A DNA stretch of 64,000 bases from Phoronis australis (taxonomy: Eukaryota; Animalia; Phoronida), in assembly GCA_002633005.1 (NCBI GenBank), contig NMRA01000116.1, positions 566,521 through 630,520 of the forward strand, read 5' to 3'. A program made the translations under genes and the position numbers. The notes under the pieces were generated by a model that was not told the origin of the DNA, ran no database searches, and saw only the letters and a list, made by a program, of their open reading frames with translations. Within the stretch, counting starts at the first letter, position 1, and the number at the start of each line of letters is the position of its first letter. Positions 12,147-25,930 of this stretch are shown here, one piece after another.

Positions 12147-12550
12147 TGCATTTACTACACTGCCATTTTTAAAATGCAATCTCAGTTCATTTAAAAAATA
12201 CTGGATAATTTATAATCCTGCATTACTGTGTCAGAGTGGAATTTGGTCTGAAGTTGGTTAGTCTGACTTGCAAGGAGGCAGTGTGGCCTAGTGGGATAAG
12301 TGTTTGCTTCCTTTATTCAATGTCGGGGATCTTAGTCCCTCTGGGGGACACTTGAGTGAGGTCTCGAGCTCCTCAATTTGGTTTAAATATATTTTAATAA
12401 AGCATAAAAATGGTTTGGGTTCCACGTGATCAGTACAATAAGCCCACCTGAGCGGCAATCTGTACCAGACTGCCTACAGTTGTTTTAAGTTGAGAAAGTG
12501 GTTGCTATATGTGGGTTTAATCTTCAAGTATCGTTTACCATCTGTTGAAG

Positions 12551-12907
12551 GTTCTACAGTCGGACGGTGGTAACTATTGTGCTGCAGTCAATGCATCGAC
12601 TCTGGCACTCATAGATGCTGGCATACCCCTGCAGGACTATGTGTGTGCATGTGCTGCCTCCTATGTGGATACAACGCCAATACTGGACATTAACTACATG
12701 GAAGAGTCATCAGGCTGTCCCGAGCTCATTGTGGCTTTGCTGCCTAGGACGGAGCAGGTTTGCTTCTTACAAATGAATGGCAGGGTGCATGAAGACAACC
12801 TCGATAAAGTTCTGGAGCAGGCCACTAAGGGGTGCAAGGACATTTATACAATTCTCGACCAAGCAGTGCGGGAGCACTTGAAGAGTACAACAGCTGTGAT
12901 GTCATAG
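12551..12907 (+). CDS. EXOSC4: EXOSC4 exon 3 (terminal)
   Basis: VLQSDGGNYCAAVNASTLALIDAGIP...TAG; spliced product 244 aa. Confidence 0.96.
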   Translation, partial: VLQSDGGNYCAAVNASTLALIDAGIPLQDYVCACAASYVDTTPILDINYMEESSGCPELIVALLPRTEQVCFLQMNGRVHEDNLDKVLEQATKGCKDIYTILDQAVREHLKSTTAVMS

Positions 12908-13064
12908 CAGAGGGCATAATTCCACACTTACCTTTAACATGAGCAAGCCCGCCAACACTGAACCGTTTTGTGATGTATTCTTATAGCTGCTAGGAACACT
13001 TTTCTGGTGTATTTTTGCTAAGTCATCGTGTTTTTATACTTTGTTTGAATTGAAATTTATTACT

Positions 13065-13070
13065 AATAAA
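13065..13070 (+). terminator. Putative EXOSC4 polyadenylation signal
   Basis: First AATAAA after the stop, about 160 nt downstream, preceded by U-rich sequence. Confidence 0.55.
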
Positions 13071-13124
13071 TTGCCTGCAATTCCCTATGCCTGTTCTGAA
13101 ACTTACGCGCCATGACAAGCAAAT

Positions 13125-13383
13125 TTAAGTGGAACTTGCAGGTTAATTCTTTATCTCTGTGATTGCTTGGCCAAATTAGAAACGCAACATGCAGTGGCGA
13201 TGTGGATATGAAGTAGGTTGAAAATTGCCAATGTTTTTAAGAACGAGTTTTGTGGCGAAAATGATCCGCTGCAAGTCACTAAACCATGTCCATTATTGTG
13301 ATGTGGTGACAGGAAAAAACACTGCACGATGCAGGCTACACGAGCCCCCGACGTACGTCATTAGTGCAAAGGTCACCTATTTG
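13125..13383. repeat. Dispersed repeat, inverted homologue at about 55573-55835
   Basis: Shared ends GGAACTTGCAGG and CATTAGTGCAAAGGTCACCTATTTG, and shared internal TTTTGTGGCGAAAATGATC. Confidence 0.75.
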
Positions 13384-14866
13384 TAGATTATTTTGTTTTC
13401 ACATTTACAAGTTGTCATTTAATACAACTGCACTTTGTCAGTTAGCATAGATCATGTTCAAGTAATATTTTCGTTTAGTTCCTGCTATACATGAGCATAG
13501 TTTGGAGACTCAGTATACAAATACATCTTTAAAGTAACATTTTCGAGTAGTTCCTGCTATATATTAGCATAGTTAGGAACATGCAAATGCATCTTTAATG
13601 CGCCTTATCTCGAGCAATATCAATATGCCAGTTGTTTTGAAGCATTGAGATCATTTCTCACTTCAGTAACGAATAAGACGAGTCTGTTTAAGAGTACTAA
13701 ACATCCTAAATCAAATGCTGGTTGTTGGCAGTAGGAATGGATTTATTGTCAGTTTAAATAGCTAGTTAACAGTGATGCTTCTTTATTTAGAAACTGTAGA
13801 AAGCTGGAAGGGAAGTGCAAACCTTTTTGAAAATGAATCGACTGCCACTCAATATGTTACATAATTTATTATCCACAACTGACAATAATTTACAAGCCAC
13901 AGCAACACATTTCCCAATTAAATTACATTGCCTGTGCAAACCATTTTTCAATTAAAAACCATCCAGGCAAACGATCAGTTATTCGATTATTCCACCCACA
14001 CTCACTGTTTGGTACTACACTGAATGGCCTTTTTGTGTTCCTAAAGATTCATGAGCGCATTGAGAGTCCATCTTTAAATGAAAGAGGCAGTTAAAGATAC
14101 GATTTGTCACGCATATGGGATGCCGTTCTGACGTCAATGCCGCGCCGTCTGGCCAAAACGAAAACCTCACAAGCCAAGCTGAAGTCCGTGAGATGCGGAT
14201 GCAACGTCGCTAATTTTTGTAAGTTTTTATTCCAGTATCAGACTCAAACTTGATCTGTTTTCTCAACTGGATGTCAAAATTTTCATGATCTTACTCCCCC
14301 TTAATGCTCCACACTCCAGTCAGCCATGCTATTAAATTCAATTATCTTCCACTTTCTCACTTTTGGAACTTACAGTTAAATGCCATTAAGAAAGCTTTAA
14401 AGACTGAGACAACATAGCTACATCTCACAACATGGTAAATGGTCTTCACTGACATTTGTTAAAATGTTATTGACCACTACTGACATTATTCGGCATTTCC
14501 AATGAACTTGTTTTATTGCTCAAAACCGGATCGGAATTTCATGTCTCTAAGAACACATCAGCATAGCATAATGGTAAAAATTCTTCAATTTTGGACAAAA
14601 ATAATCATGGCTAAAATTGCCATGTCGTATATATATTTACCATAGGCTTGCCACATTTTGCAAGTACTAAAAATTTTTAATTACCAAATATGTTTTGGAA
14701 ATAGCTACACCATACAAACCATGCTAAAAACAAAAAAAGACATATGACAAAATGGAATTGCACCTGTCTGCCATTACCAAACTTATGAATTTTACCTTTA
14801 ATGTTAATACATGAGAGCAGATATTCACTGTACTACACAAGTCTGAATTAAACCTAGTAATGGATT

Positions 14867-15003
14867 CTATGTAGTAAGTTTGCTATAGCTTGGTGGGGAG
14901 AATTTCTTTTGCAGGTACTTGAGTAGAAACAGGGGAATACAGCTAATCGATGTAATTACGAGAACCTTCCAGATAAAGTTCCAACTCTTTAAGAACTCTG
15001 CAT
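14867..15003 (-). CDS. ATP9: ATP9A/B-like P4-ATPase, terminal exon
   Basis: DAEFLKSWNFIWKVLVITSISCIPLFLLKYLQKKFSPPSYSKLTT-stop; SPPSYSKL is the typical ATP9 C-terminus. Confidence 0.93.
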
Positions 15004-15813
15004 CTGCAAAATATTGAATATAGAGCAGCGATTAAGTCTTTAAGGATCACGATAACGCAAGCTGAACACAGTTTGTAGTTAAGACACTATGTAAATCTGA
15101 CACTACTTTAAACAGTGTGAAAAAATGTCTTTGGAAATATAAAGGGCTTTGGCTTACATAAAAATATCTAGGATATGAATATGAGTAACAAGTATTTTAA
15201 GGTTGACAAGGCAAACACACAAAGCACCATCCCCACTAAAGATCCTGTAGAGGTGTACTGGCAGAAAAGCATTTCCTAGTACATTTATGAGTGAAAATCG
15301 AGAGTACCTGTGCTAAAATTCATGAAAATAAAACTGAATCACAAAATGACAGCAATATGCAGTATGAGACATACTCATGTGAAAGTTTGTTTAAAATCTG
15401 ACAAATGCAAGAGTTGTGTACAGAAGTGCATTTCTCTAGAGATGCGTGAAAACAAAGAACAGGTCCAAATTCAGGAAAATAAGTGAAAATCAACAAGACA
15501 AAATTCAAGAAAAAATGGTTGAACTGCAAAATGCCGGCAATATGCAACAGTTCATACATAAGCACTTTCATTAAAATTTGGTCAAAATCCCCTTTTAGTG
15601 ATTTGTGCGTTGTGCACAGAACATTTCCCTGCAGACGCATGAAAATCAAGAATGGTCTAAAATTCCGTAAAATACAGTGAAATTGCAAAACACCAACGAC
15701 ATGTGGTACAGCACTTTGTAAGCACAAGCTTGTAAAAATTTGGTCGGTTTGACCTCGGTGTGGGACAACAATTGTATAATATCAACAAAAACAATTGATC
15801 TGTAAAAACTTAC

Positions 15814-16017
15814 CAAAGTAACTCTTAAGGAAGATGAGCGAGAGAATGTAAACAGCCAAACTGAAAAATTCGGCGATGATCATGAGGAAATGCCAACTAC
15901 GAATAGTCAAGGCGACCATTAGCAACTCTGTCAGAATAAGGGCTGTGAACGTGATGTCGACGACGTGAACAAACTCTTCCTCAAACAGGAGCAAAGCACC
16001 GTACATAATGATTCCAC
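15814..16017 (-). CDS. ATP9: ATP9 penultimate exon (copy A)
   Basis: [43 protein letters not shown]...; 204 nt, phase 1-1. Confidence 0.85.
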
Positions 16018-17862
16018 CTGACGAAACAACGTGCAACAATTAAACAGGTATTGTAGAGATAGTCATTTGTAGATAGTGAGATTATCAGAGGACACAATGT
16101 GGCACAACACACATAGCTGCCATTGATTCAGAAATCTAGGAAATAGTCAAACAAATATGACGATGCCATCTAATCTCGAAAAATGCCCAAATTTGGCTAA
16201 CTTTGGAACACCATATCTCAGAAATGGCTGATCATATTCACGTGAAACTAAGATGAAATGTTGCACGTGATGCACTGTTCTTCAAAACGCTGTTGGAACT
16301 TACTTTTAAAATGTTCCACTGTTTGTATGAGGGGCTATAAGGGGAATTTTTATTTTCAAAAATTACATAAAACAAAAACGAAATGATAATTTAAACTGAA
16401 TAACATTTTTGAGATTTAGTCTGGACATCAAAAGAAATGTGGTCATCATGTTATTGATATCATGGTTTGGTTATGAATGTAAAATTCTTTTTGCTTATTA
16501 ATAATTTTATTCCTAAAAAGACATGGTCATCTGAACCAAGTGGTTGCAGATTAGTACAAAGTCAGCAATCAAATTCTATATGCTCTCTAATTTTAGAAAA
16601 ATAATACATTATATTAATCAGACAAGAGTTAAATTCTATAGTTTTGTAGATATATTTATTGGATACGGTCCTGCATTCACAAGAAATAACTGAACTACAC
16701 GATTAGGTGGCCAGACCCCTAACACAGCACATGCCAAAAGTAATCAGACAAAATAATGTTTGTTGATGAAATGTTCTAGAATTCTTGTATTCGGCCATCA
16801 AGACAAGGAATTCTGACTATTTTTGCATGAATGTACTGTAGCTGGCCACAGAAAAGATAACATTACGTGCAACTCGATATGCATAGTGCAGGTAGTTTCA
16901 AACAATTATCTAATTCATAAAATGTTAAAATAATTTATGCGATGTCTTTATTAAAATTACAGTATTTCATTAAAATATAAATTCCTTACATAGCTAAATT
17001 TGAACGTATCATTTTATTGCACATTTTTCTCCCATCTTGAATTTCCTCGTTTCGTTTCTAACCTTTGCTTGGTTAACACGAAAATAAAAACCACAGGCGA
17101 ATAAGCAATGTTTATTGGACTAGTCACCTTTTTCAACATTGAATTTCAAACTTGGAAAAAAAATTGCCTCTTAGTAATCATTGCAGTGTAAGCTTGAATA
17201 AGATTACTGGCCAGTAACATAATTCCAGCTGACTATTTGTGTTGACAAATTACGTCTGACCAAGCCAGACTCAATTTCTTATCGACTAATGGTCAATATA
17301 ATTNTACTGGCAGAAAAGCATTTCCTAGTACATTTATGAGTGAAAATCGAGAGTACCTGTGCTAAAATTCATGAAAATAAAACTGAATCACAAAATGACA
17401 GCAATATGCAGTATGAGACATACTCATGTGAAAGTTTGTTTAAAATCTGACAAATGCAAGAGTTGTGTACAGAAGTGCATTTCTCTAGAGATGCGTGAAA
17501 ACAAAGAACAGGTCCAAATTCAGGAAAATAAGTGAAAATCAACAAGACAAAATTCAAGAAAAAATGGTTGAACTGCAAAATGCCGGCAATATGCAACAGT
17601 TCATACATAAGCACTTTCATTAAAATTTGGTCAAAATCCCCTTTTAGTGATTTGTGCGTTGTGCACAGAACATTTCCCTGCAGACGCATGAAAATCAAGA
17701 ATGGTCTAAAATTCCGTAAAATACAGTGAAATTGCAAAACACCAACGACATGTGGTACAGCACTTTGTAAGCACAAGCTTGTAAAAATTTGGTCGGTTTG
17801 ACCTCGGTGTGGGACAACAATTGTATAATATCAACAAAAACAATTGATCTGTAAAAACTTAC

Positions 17863-18066
17863 CAAAGTAACTCTTAAGGAAGATGAGCGAGAGAATGTAA
17901 ACAGCCAAACTGAAAAATTCGGCGATGATCATGAGGAAATGCCAACTACGAATAGTCAAGGCGACCATTAGCAACTCTGTCAGAATAAGGGCTGTGAACG
18001 TGATGTCGACGACGTGAACAAACTCTTCCTCAAACAGGAGCAAAGCACCGTACATAATGATTCCAC
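17863..18066 (-). CDS. ATP9: ATP9 penultimate exon (copy B, same translation; probable allelic duplicate)
   Basis: Same as copy A at an offset of 2049 bp. Confidence 0.85.
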
Positions 18067-19882
18067 CTGACGAAACAACGTGCAACAATTAAACAGGTAT
18101 TGTAGAGATAGTCATTTGTAGATAGTGAGATTATCAGAGGACACAATGTGGCACAACGCACATAGCTGCCATTGATTCAGAAATCTAGGAAATAGTCAAA
18201 CAAATATGACAATGCCATCTAATCTTATGTAGGACTCTCGAAAAATGCCCAAATTTGGCTAACTTTGGAACACCACATCTCAGAAATGGCTGATCATATT
18301 CACGTGAAACTAAGATGAAATGTTGCACCTGATGCACTGTTCTTCAAAACGCTGTTGGAACTTACTTTTAAAATGTTCCACTTTTTGTATGAGGGGCTAT
18401 CAAAGAAGGGGAACTTTTATTTTCAAAAATTACATAAAACAAAAACGAAATGATAATTTAAACTGAATAACATTTTTGAGATTTAGTCTGGACATCAAAA
18501 GAAATGTGGTCATCATGTTATTGATATCATGGTTTGGTTATGAATGTACCTAATTGTTTTTGCTTATTAATAATTTTATTCCGAAAAAGACATGGTCATC
18601 TGAACCAAGTGGTTGCAGATTAGTACAAAGTCAGAAATCAAATTCTATATGCTCTCTAATTTTAGAAAAATAATACATTATATTAATCAGACAAGAGTTA
18701 AATTCTATAGTTTTGTAGATATATTTATTGGATACGGTCCTGCATTCACAAGAAATAACTGGACTACACGATTAGGTGGCCAGACCCCTAACACAGCACA
18801 TGCCAAAAGTAATCAGACAAAACAATGTTTGTTGATGAAATGTTCTAGAATTCTTGTATTCGGCCATCAAGACAAGGAATTCTGACTATTTTTGCATGAA
18901 TGTACTGTAGCTGGCCACAGAAAAGATAACATTACGTGCAACTCGGTATGCATAGTGCAGGTAGTTTCAAACAATTATCTAATTCATAAAATGTTAAAAT
19001 AATTTATGCGATGTCTTTATTGAAATTACAGTATTTCATTAAAATATAAATTCCTTACATAGCTAAATTTGAACGTATCATTTTATTGCACATTTTTCTC
19101 CCATCTTGAATTTCGTTTCGTTTCTAACCTTTGCTTGGTTAACACGAAAATAAAGACCACAGGCGAATAAGCAATGTTTATTGGACTAGTCACCTTTTTC
19201 AACATTGAATTTCAAACTTGGAAAAAAAATTGCCTCTTAGTAATCATTGCAGTGTAAGCTTGAATAAGATTGCTGGCCAGTAACATAATTCCAGCTGACT
19301 ATTTGTGTTGACAAATTACGTCTGACCAAGCCAGACTCAATTTCTTATCGACTAATGGTCAATATAATTTATATGCCACATTCTGCTGGCACATGCCACT
19401 CCATCAGCAAGGTTATGCACACTCAGTGTGTAACATTGATTAAGGTAGACACAAATAACTTGAACAATATTATCTATGCTTGAATAATGTTGGTTGCTTG
19501 GTCGTCAGTAAGAATTACTCAAGCATCACGTGAATTTAATATCCTACAAAGATGCTTCCACAATGCTCTAGTAACTATGAAATAACCAGACAAGATGTTT
19601 TCACTGCCACACACATCAACTGACCTAAGTGTATTTTGCATCTAAAAGCAAAATGAGCCAGATTTGTACTCATGCTGGATAAAGTTTGCATTTATTTAAT
19701 TGTTGATAAAAAGAACAACATTTTCAAGTTTGCAGACATTCTCTCCGTTTTACCAAAAATTAAAATGACAACATTTATTCATACATCAATCAAGTCCACA
19801 GTCCATTTCTCACGGTCTGAGTGTAGACATGGTAATGTTATTTTCAAAATGCATACAATGCATACAACAGGATCAAACTTAC

Positions 19883-19940
19883 CTTGGTATATACTTATTA
19901 GTACCCACAAGAAGAATGTCTTGAATGATAACGACCTCCC
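19883..19940 (-). CDS. ATP9: ATP9 exon
   Basis: GRSLSFKTFFLWVLISIYQG; tag/gtaag boundaries. Confidence 0.92.
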
Positions 19941-20142
19941 CTAAAAACAAATAAAAATTAGGGATTATACAAAATGTTTGAAGTTAAACCTGGTTTTCTG
20001 GTACTCATGAAAGATTAAAATTTTTGAAACTAAGGATGAATGAAAGATTGCAAACAGCAGCCGCAGAACATTTATTAAACAAACTGGTATTAAGGAACTG
20101 AAAGATTAAGTAATTTCAACAAACAGATGGATAGTTACTTAC

Positions 20143-20251
20143 CTTCATAAGTTCCTTATAAAGTTCAGGGTAGGTGAGTGCTATTTCTGAGGACACGTCC
20201 TTGTCTAGTACTAATGAGAAAACAGGGAACATGGTGTAGACCGTAGCGTAG
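20143..20251 (-). CDS. ATP9: ATP9 exon
   Basis: YATVYTMFPVFSLVLDKDVSSEIALTYPELYKELMK. Confidence 0.93.
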
Positions 20252-21507
20252 CTGAAATACACACAGACCTTCACGAATGGAACACTATTCACGGTGAACA
20301 TGACATGTGACAAGCACTCATTTGTGAGACTGTTCTTAGGTGGCATAGACTCCTTGTAGTTATTAGCTCTGACCAAAGATATAACGCAGCACAATCTATA
20401 GTGGTTTTGTAATTTTGTTAAAAATAAACTATTTCGGGCTGGTTTCCAATCATTCAGTAGAATTAACTGAAACCGAGACCTGTGACCATATCGGCCAAAT
20501 ATGCTTAAGGTACATGACTACATTCTCCAAGTGTTAAATTGAAATCAGTGAGGTTGTAGGTTAAAATCTGTCTTGGGGCTGATCTCAAATTCACAACGGT
20601 GTTGCTCATAAAGCCAATTTAAATAAAAGTAGAAATTGTTTTCATTTTGAATTATCTTGAAAGAGTTACCCCCTTTCCACATACTCCAAGCAGGCATGAC
20701 TAGTAATTGTGGGTACTTTGTTCTAGTAGGACAGCTTTACTGGAAACTTACAATCCGTGACAATAACGGATCATGACATCTATAGTAAAAATTCTCCACA
20801 ATGGAACAGGGAAAATTACTTATTTTAGTCAAGGCCAGGGCTTGTACCTAATTTGAATGTCCAAATTCAAGAACTATTAATGACAAAGGAGCATTCACCT
20901 CGACATTGTGCACTATGGGGTGTATGAAAATACACTGGCGCCTATTTTAACGATTATATGAACAGCCAAGTCTACTTTGAGACAGTTTATACAAAACAAC
21001 ATATTTGAAAAATATTCTGAACACCAAAATCACCTGTGTCCCAATCTTCAGAATCAAGAAAATTCAAATTCGACTCGAATTTCTGAGTCCCAAATTTTAG
21101 AGACAGTCCCAAACTGGAGAATTTTTACAGTACTCGTTTTGTTTCACATCACAGCCTTAACACTGACCACTGTTCAAAAATATCAACAAATTCAATTTTA
21201 GGACCTGATTATTATGGTAAAAAAGCTCACCAATTTAGGACACAGTGTGGCAGACAAGTGACATTTTATTATTTCATTCTGTCAAACAAAGTTTTGGGTA
21301 AATGGTAATTCACAACTGCTACAATGATTGAAACCTTTAAAAAATAAAAAAGAAAGGTCATTTATGACCATTATTTTTGTCTACATTAGCGAGATATTAA
21401 TGTAAACATAAAAAATTTCTTTCCAATACTGTCTCAATAGCATTTTCTATTTCATTATAAAACCATCTTAAAAATATTTCCCTTAACAATAATTTAAAAG
21501 TACCTAC

Positions 21508-21728
21508 CCCACCATAAGGAATCCTGGAAAGAGTGAAATGGAGGCAAAGTAAAAGACAGACGAGAAGACAGCTTGCATGGTGGATATGATGAGACCTCTG
21601 TGTATGACGAACTGACTGAGAGATGCAGAGCGCTTGTAACTGTTGCGACCATGCACCATAAGTAGGGCACCACAGAAGCTGAACTGGTTGATAGAGAAAT
21701 CAGCTGCAAGGGAGGCCTGCTTGCCTTC
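21508..21728 (-). CDS. ATP9: ATP9 exon
   Basis: [16 protein letters not shown]...[36 protein letters not shown]...LMVG. Confidence 0.93.
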
Positions 21729-22469
21729 CTGGAAATGGTTAGAGATTTCAATCTAAATTAATAAGGTTAGCTCATAAACAGAAAATTTTTAATTTTATAA
21801 TTTTTAAATGGTAAATTAAAGTTAGGTAACACATATATTTTGACAACTAGTTGAGTCATGAAAATAGACACGTGTGCCGTCATGTGCCTTGTACTTCTGG
21901 GGATTACAAACAACTCAGTTTCGAAGAATGAACAAAGTTTATGGCCCAATGCTATTGAGAACTCAACAGCAATAAATATATGAGAAGACCATCATGGTTA
22001 ATCTTCTTTCCAAGTTACTGAACACTGAATATACATTTTGGTTTAAGACTTAATTCCTTTTTGACCCCATCTTCTTAAATTCAAACCAAAAATGTTGTTT
22101 AGGACACAATAAATAAATGTATCAATAGATAGATAAATAATTTAGCCATTCATAATACAGTCATGCATCTACACAAGTCATTCCTACTTACTAAGCTCAA
22201 CTTAAGGTGACACAAGTGGGACTTGTAGTAGCCAAACGTAAACAACTAAAGTTTTACTAAGACTATGCGTAACAGTGGTTGATTACTTTTATTCAAATAT
22301 CAAAACAAGGCAAGGAGACATTCAAAAGGCTAAGGAGCCCCTTGCAAGAAAGTCACCTAATCTAGTTAGTCAAAAATAAACTAATACCATTTGAAGTGTG
22401 AGTACATTGTTTGGCACACCTAAATTACATAAAACTTCTAAGTCCACCAAACGTAGCCTAGTTTCTCAC

Positions 22470-22534
22470 CTTTCCCACAATTCCAATCCCAGCATCAGCT
22501 GCCTGTATCATGCTTACATCATTTCCACCATCTC
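22470..22534 (-). CDS. ATP9: ATP9 exon (hinge motif)
   Basis: GDGGNDVSMIQAADAGIGIVGK. Confidence 0.94.
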
Positions 22535-23185
22535 CTGCAGACGACAAACGTAACTCCAATACTGAAGAGTGCCACGCATGTCAATTTCGTAGCAGAACAG
22601 CATTTCTTGGTGCCAAACTTTATAGCAAATTAACTAAGTTACAAAAAAGCAGGATTTTGAAATTTCAAATCTTCAGTTTCAAGAGTGTTTTTAATTAATT
22701 AAAGTTTTAATTTTCTATACCTTTCATGACTTCCAGAAAATTGCCAATACAACAACATTTTTACAATCACCCAAACAGATAAAATTTGATGAAAAACTCA
22801 CATTTCGGAAACCTGTTCACAGGTGAGTGACTAATGTCTGTTCAAGTCTAAACTCTTTTTGTACAGACTGAGATAGATTAATTAGACGAGGTACCCAAGT
22901 CACCAAATAGTAGTGGGAAGCCACCAGTACTTGTTATTGTAACAGAAGATTATTCAATTGTTTGGTCAAGACATTAATAACATAATTATTATACACTTAA
23001 GTTTCTGAAAGTAGCAAATCCCTTATAAACTCGAGCTATGCTGGAGGAGTTTGTCATGTATCAGTGATCAGACGAACTTGACAAAATAAAAATCAGAGAT
23101 GCAATAAAAACAAATTGCTACATAATCCTGTACACAGATAAGACAAGACAAAACAACAACTGCAACAAACCACTGGTCACATTAC

Positions 23186-23330
23186 CTATTGCACATGTCT
23201 GCTTGGCAGTATGCTGCTTGAGTAACTTGACAATATCTGCTTTCTGCGTGGGTGAACACCTGCACACGACCACAGCCGGACACTGGCAGGCTAACTCCAC
23301 AAACTCATGCTCATAGTATCTCAAACACAC
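23186..23330 (-). CDS. ATP9: ATP9 exon
   Basis: [49 protein letters not shown]. Confidence 0.94.
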
Positions 23331-23891
23331 CTGCAACATGTCCAACAGTTCAGAGTATAGCGCTTCTCACACTAAAAGCTTTATGTGCAGTCAAAAAGTT
23401 CTAAGGTCAACTCAGAAGCAGGACAGTGTCTTGACTCACTTCATAGCTTCATGGCATAGTAATCTTACTGATACCAACAGCGGGTTAACCAGAACATATA
23501 AGAGAAAGATTGACCGTATACACATAGTATGAAGCAATAGCATCTTTTACAATTGAACCACAGAATAAATGCATCTAATTGCAAAGAACACCTTCAAATG
23601 GGTAGTTCATATCAGTGCCATATGGAGTTTGTTTATGGAATAGGGCCGTGTGTTTTAGATTAGACAACAGGTTACAAATCCTGATTCATGACGTTAGCTA
23701 ATTACATAATTATATAGCCATCCGTACAATATACAAATTGATTCTGTTACAACGGATGCTTTAGGAAGGCCCAGTAAGATTTGTTGAAGCATGTTTTGAC
23801 TGAAGATGTCTGAAAACATACACATCACACATCACTCAAAAATTAAGATCTCAGTGCACTATCAAGAATGTCCTGTACATGCCAGACTAAC

Positions 23892-24080
23892 CTCCAAAGA
23901 ATCTCCCTTGATGACCAGAGCACAGTCATGTTTTCTTCTGAAAGCGTTCAGTTCCTGGTGAGCTTCAGCTCGATCGTTGATAGGTCTGAACACGTGAATG
24001 TCTTGCGTACGTGATACTAGTCGAGAACTCTTGGCAATGCATGTGGCTGTCTCTAACTTGTCCCCCGTTAACATCCATAT
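23892..24080 (-). CDS. ATP9: ATP9 exon
   Basis: [22 protein letters not shown]...[10 protein letters not shown]. Confidence 0.94.
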
Positions 24081-24395
24081 CTAGCAAAAAACAATATCCA
24101 TTCGCATTATACTAACATTAATAAACAGATATAACAGCAAACAGCACTCAAGTCTAATGATTAAAAAGGTTCACAGAAATACGCAGTAACCACAAACCTG
24201 GGATTTACTAAATGACATTGATTTAATCTTCACACAGCTATTAAATGTTTGACTAACAATCACTCAAAGACAAAACTCTTTATACACACAACATAGTGTG
24301 GTAAACAACTTTTATTAATACATTTATTAAGATAATGTGCCATGCAATAACAATAACAAAATACAAAGAACATAATCATGCATATACGCATGCAT

Positions 24396-24397
<2 letters not shown>

Positions 24398-24438
<41 letters not shown>

Positions 24439-24454
24439 CACACACGCACACACA
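24398..24454 (+). repeat. (CA)n microsatellite
   Basis: Directly visible. Confidence 0.95.
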
Positions 24455-24915
24455 ATCTTGCCAGGCATCCATCATACTGTGGGTTATAAAGCGCAAAATT
24501 GCTTCCAGCTTAAATTCAAACCAGCATCTAAAGACACTAAACTCTGTTTTGGTGATTTCAACCAATCCTGTTAATGCACCAATGACGCCAATCTTGAAAG
24601 ATCAAAAGGAATCAAATTGAATGTATGATCCTTGTTATTTTTCCACAGATGTGTAAATCACTAAAAGTGTAAGTAACACGTGCCCGTTTAGAAGACTCTG
24701 AAAGGAGTTTTCAAATTTCCCTCCAAACTTTTGAGTCTTGTCTAGGCTTACGCAGCCTTATTTGGTTTCAGAAAACTGGATGGGAAAGTCGTTTTAGTAT
24801 CTATTGATAGGCCAAAATCGAGTTTGGTATGCTTTTAAATAAAAGACTGATCAAAACGACTAATAAGTTCTAATGAGTAAGGGAGGGTCAAATGTCAAAG
24901 CTAGGTGTGAGTTAC

Positions 24916-25086
24916 CTTTATGCCAGCGTTCCTCAACATCTCCAGCGTGGGCCGCACATTTTCCTGCAGTTTATCTTCGACGCCAGTCAGGCACAGCAGT
25001 TCCATGTCCCGCTCTAAACTCTCAATAACTGCCGCCGTCCTCAGGGCACGGTCCTGTACTTGCATCTTGGCTTGATGATAACGTTG
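24916..25086 (-). CDS. ATP9: ATP9 exon
   Basis: [13 protein letters not shown]...[30 protein letters not shown]. Confidence 0.94.
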
Positions 25087-25846
25087 CTAGGATGAAAACC
25101 AACCATTTCCAATACATGGAGTACAAAGACATTTTCTTAATTGAAGCAAATTTAAGAATTGAAAACAATTCTGCATATTGACCTATTTAGCTGGCTAAAG
25201 AATGAAAATGACAATCAAATTAGATCTTTTCTATAGACCTTTCTATGTCTCATTTAAAGTTGGCTGCCATTCACTGATTACCCGATTTGACTGCATTGAG
25301 GTGCTGAAAACATCAGGTATCCCAATGGTGTTCAGCACTAGCGAAAAGGGAGATAACTTTACTGCAGAGGGTGCATTAAACAGTCTATTCATAAAATCGG
25401 TTTCATAATATCAGGATTCCATTTCCGTTACCAACTCAAATCATAAGCAAAGCCTACAATTGTCATGTGCAGGAATGCATACATGAGCCATTTTTGCATT
25501 CGCAATTTTAGAGTTGGCCAACCACAAAGACCAATTCGTACATGCACCATTTTCCAATTTGCTAAAATAAAGGTAGAAATGGCCAGTCTGAAAAATTTTC
25601 ACTAGTCGCTCATGGTTGATGTTCTTGGCGGTAATGGAAATAGAGTCCTATGACGGAAAGGAATATTATGAGAAGGATTTTAGAGTAAAGACCTAATTCA
25701 ATTTTCGGTTTCCAGACAGGTAAATGAGGTGAAATGCACATTTAATATGTGCCAAAGTGACAATTTTCAACAAAATCTCACAACTGATTGAAAGTTAAAA
25801 CTATGACATTTCTGAACATCAAAAGAAGATAGATCATGTGTCGTAC

Positions 25847-25930
25847 CTCAAAGTCTTTGTACTGGTCCTCTGTTAGATGTCTCTTGGCCACCACCAACGT
25901 TCTCAAACCTTCTCTGGCCATATTGTCACA
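25847..25930 (-). CDS. ATP9: ATP9 exon
   Basis: [28 protein letters not shown]. Confidence 0.93.

Larger units (their letters stand above)
15256..19369. repeat. 2.05 kb tandem duplication split by a single N at 17304 (probable uncollapsed haplotypes)
   Basis: 15256-17303 vs 17305-19369, near-identical with scattered SNPs and short indels. Confidence 0.9.

Noticed and set aside
15320-15727. 135 aa ORF present twice (also 17369-17776)
   Set aside because: Intronic repeat-like sequence inside the duplicated block, with no recognisable protein features
24260-24620. CV- and HT-repeat ORFs
   Set aside because: Translation of the (CA)n microsatellite
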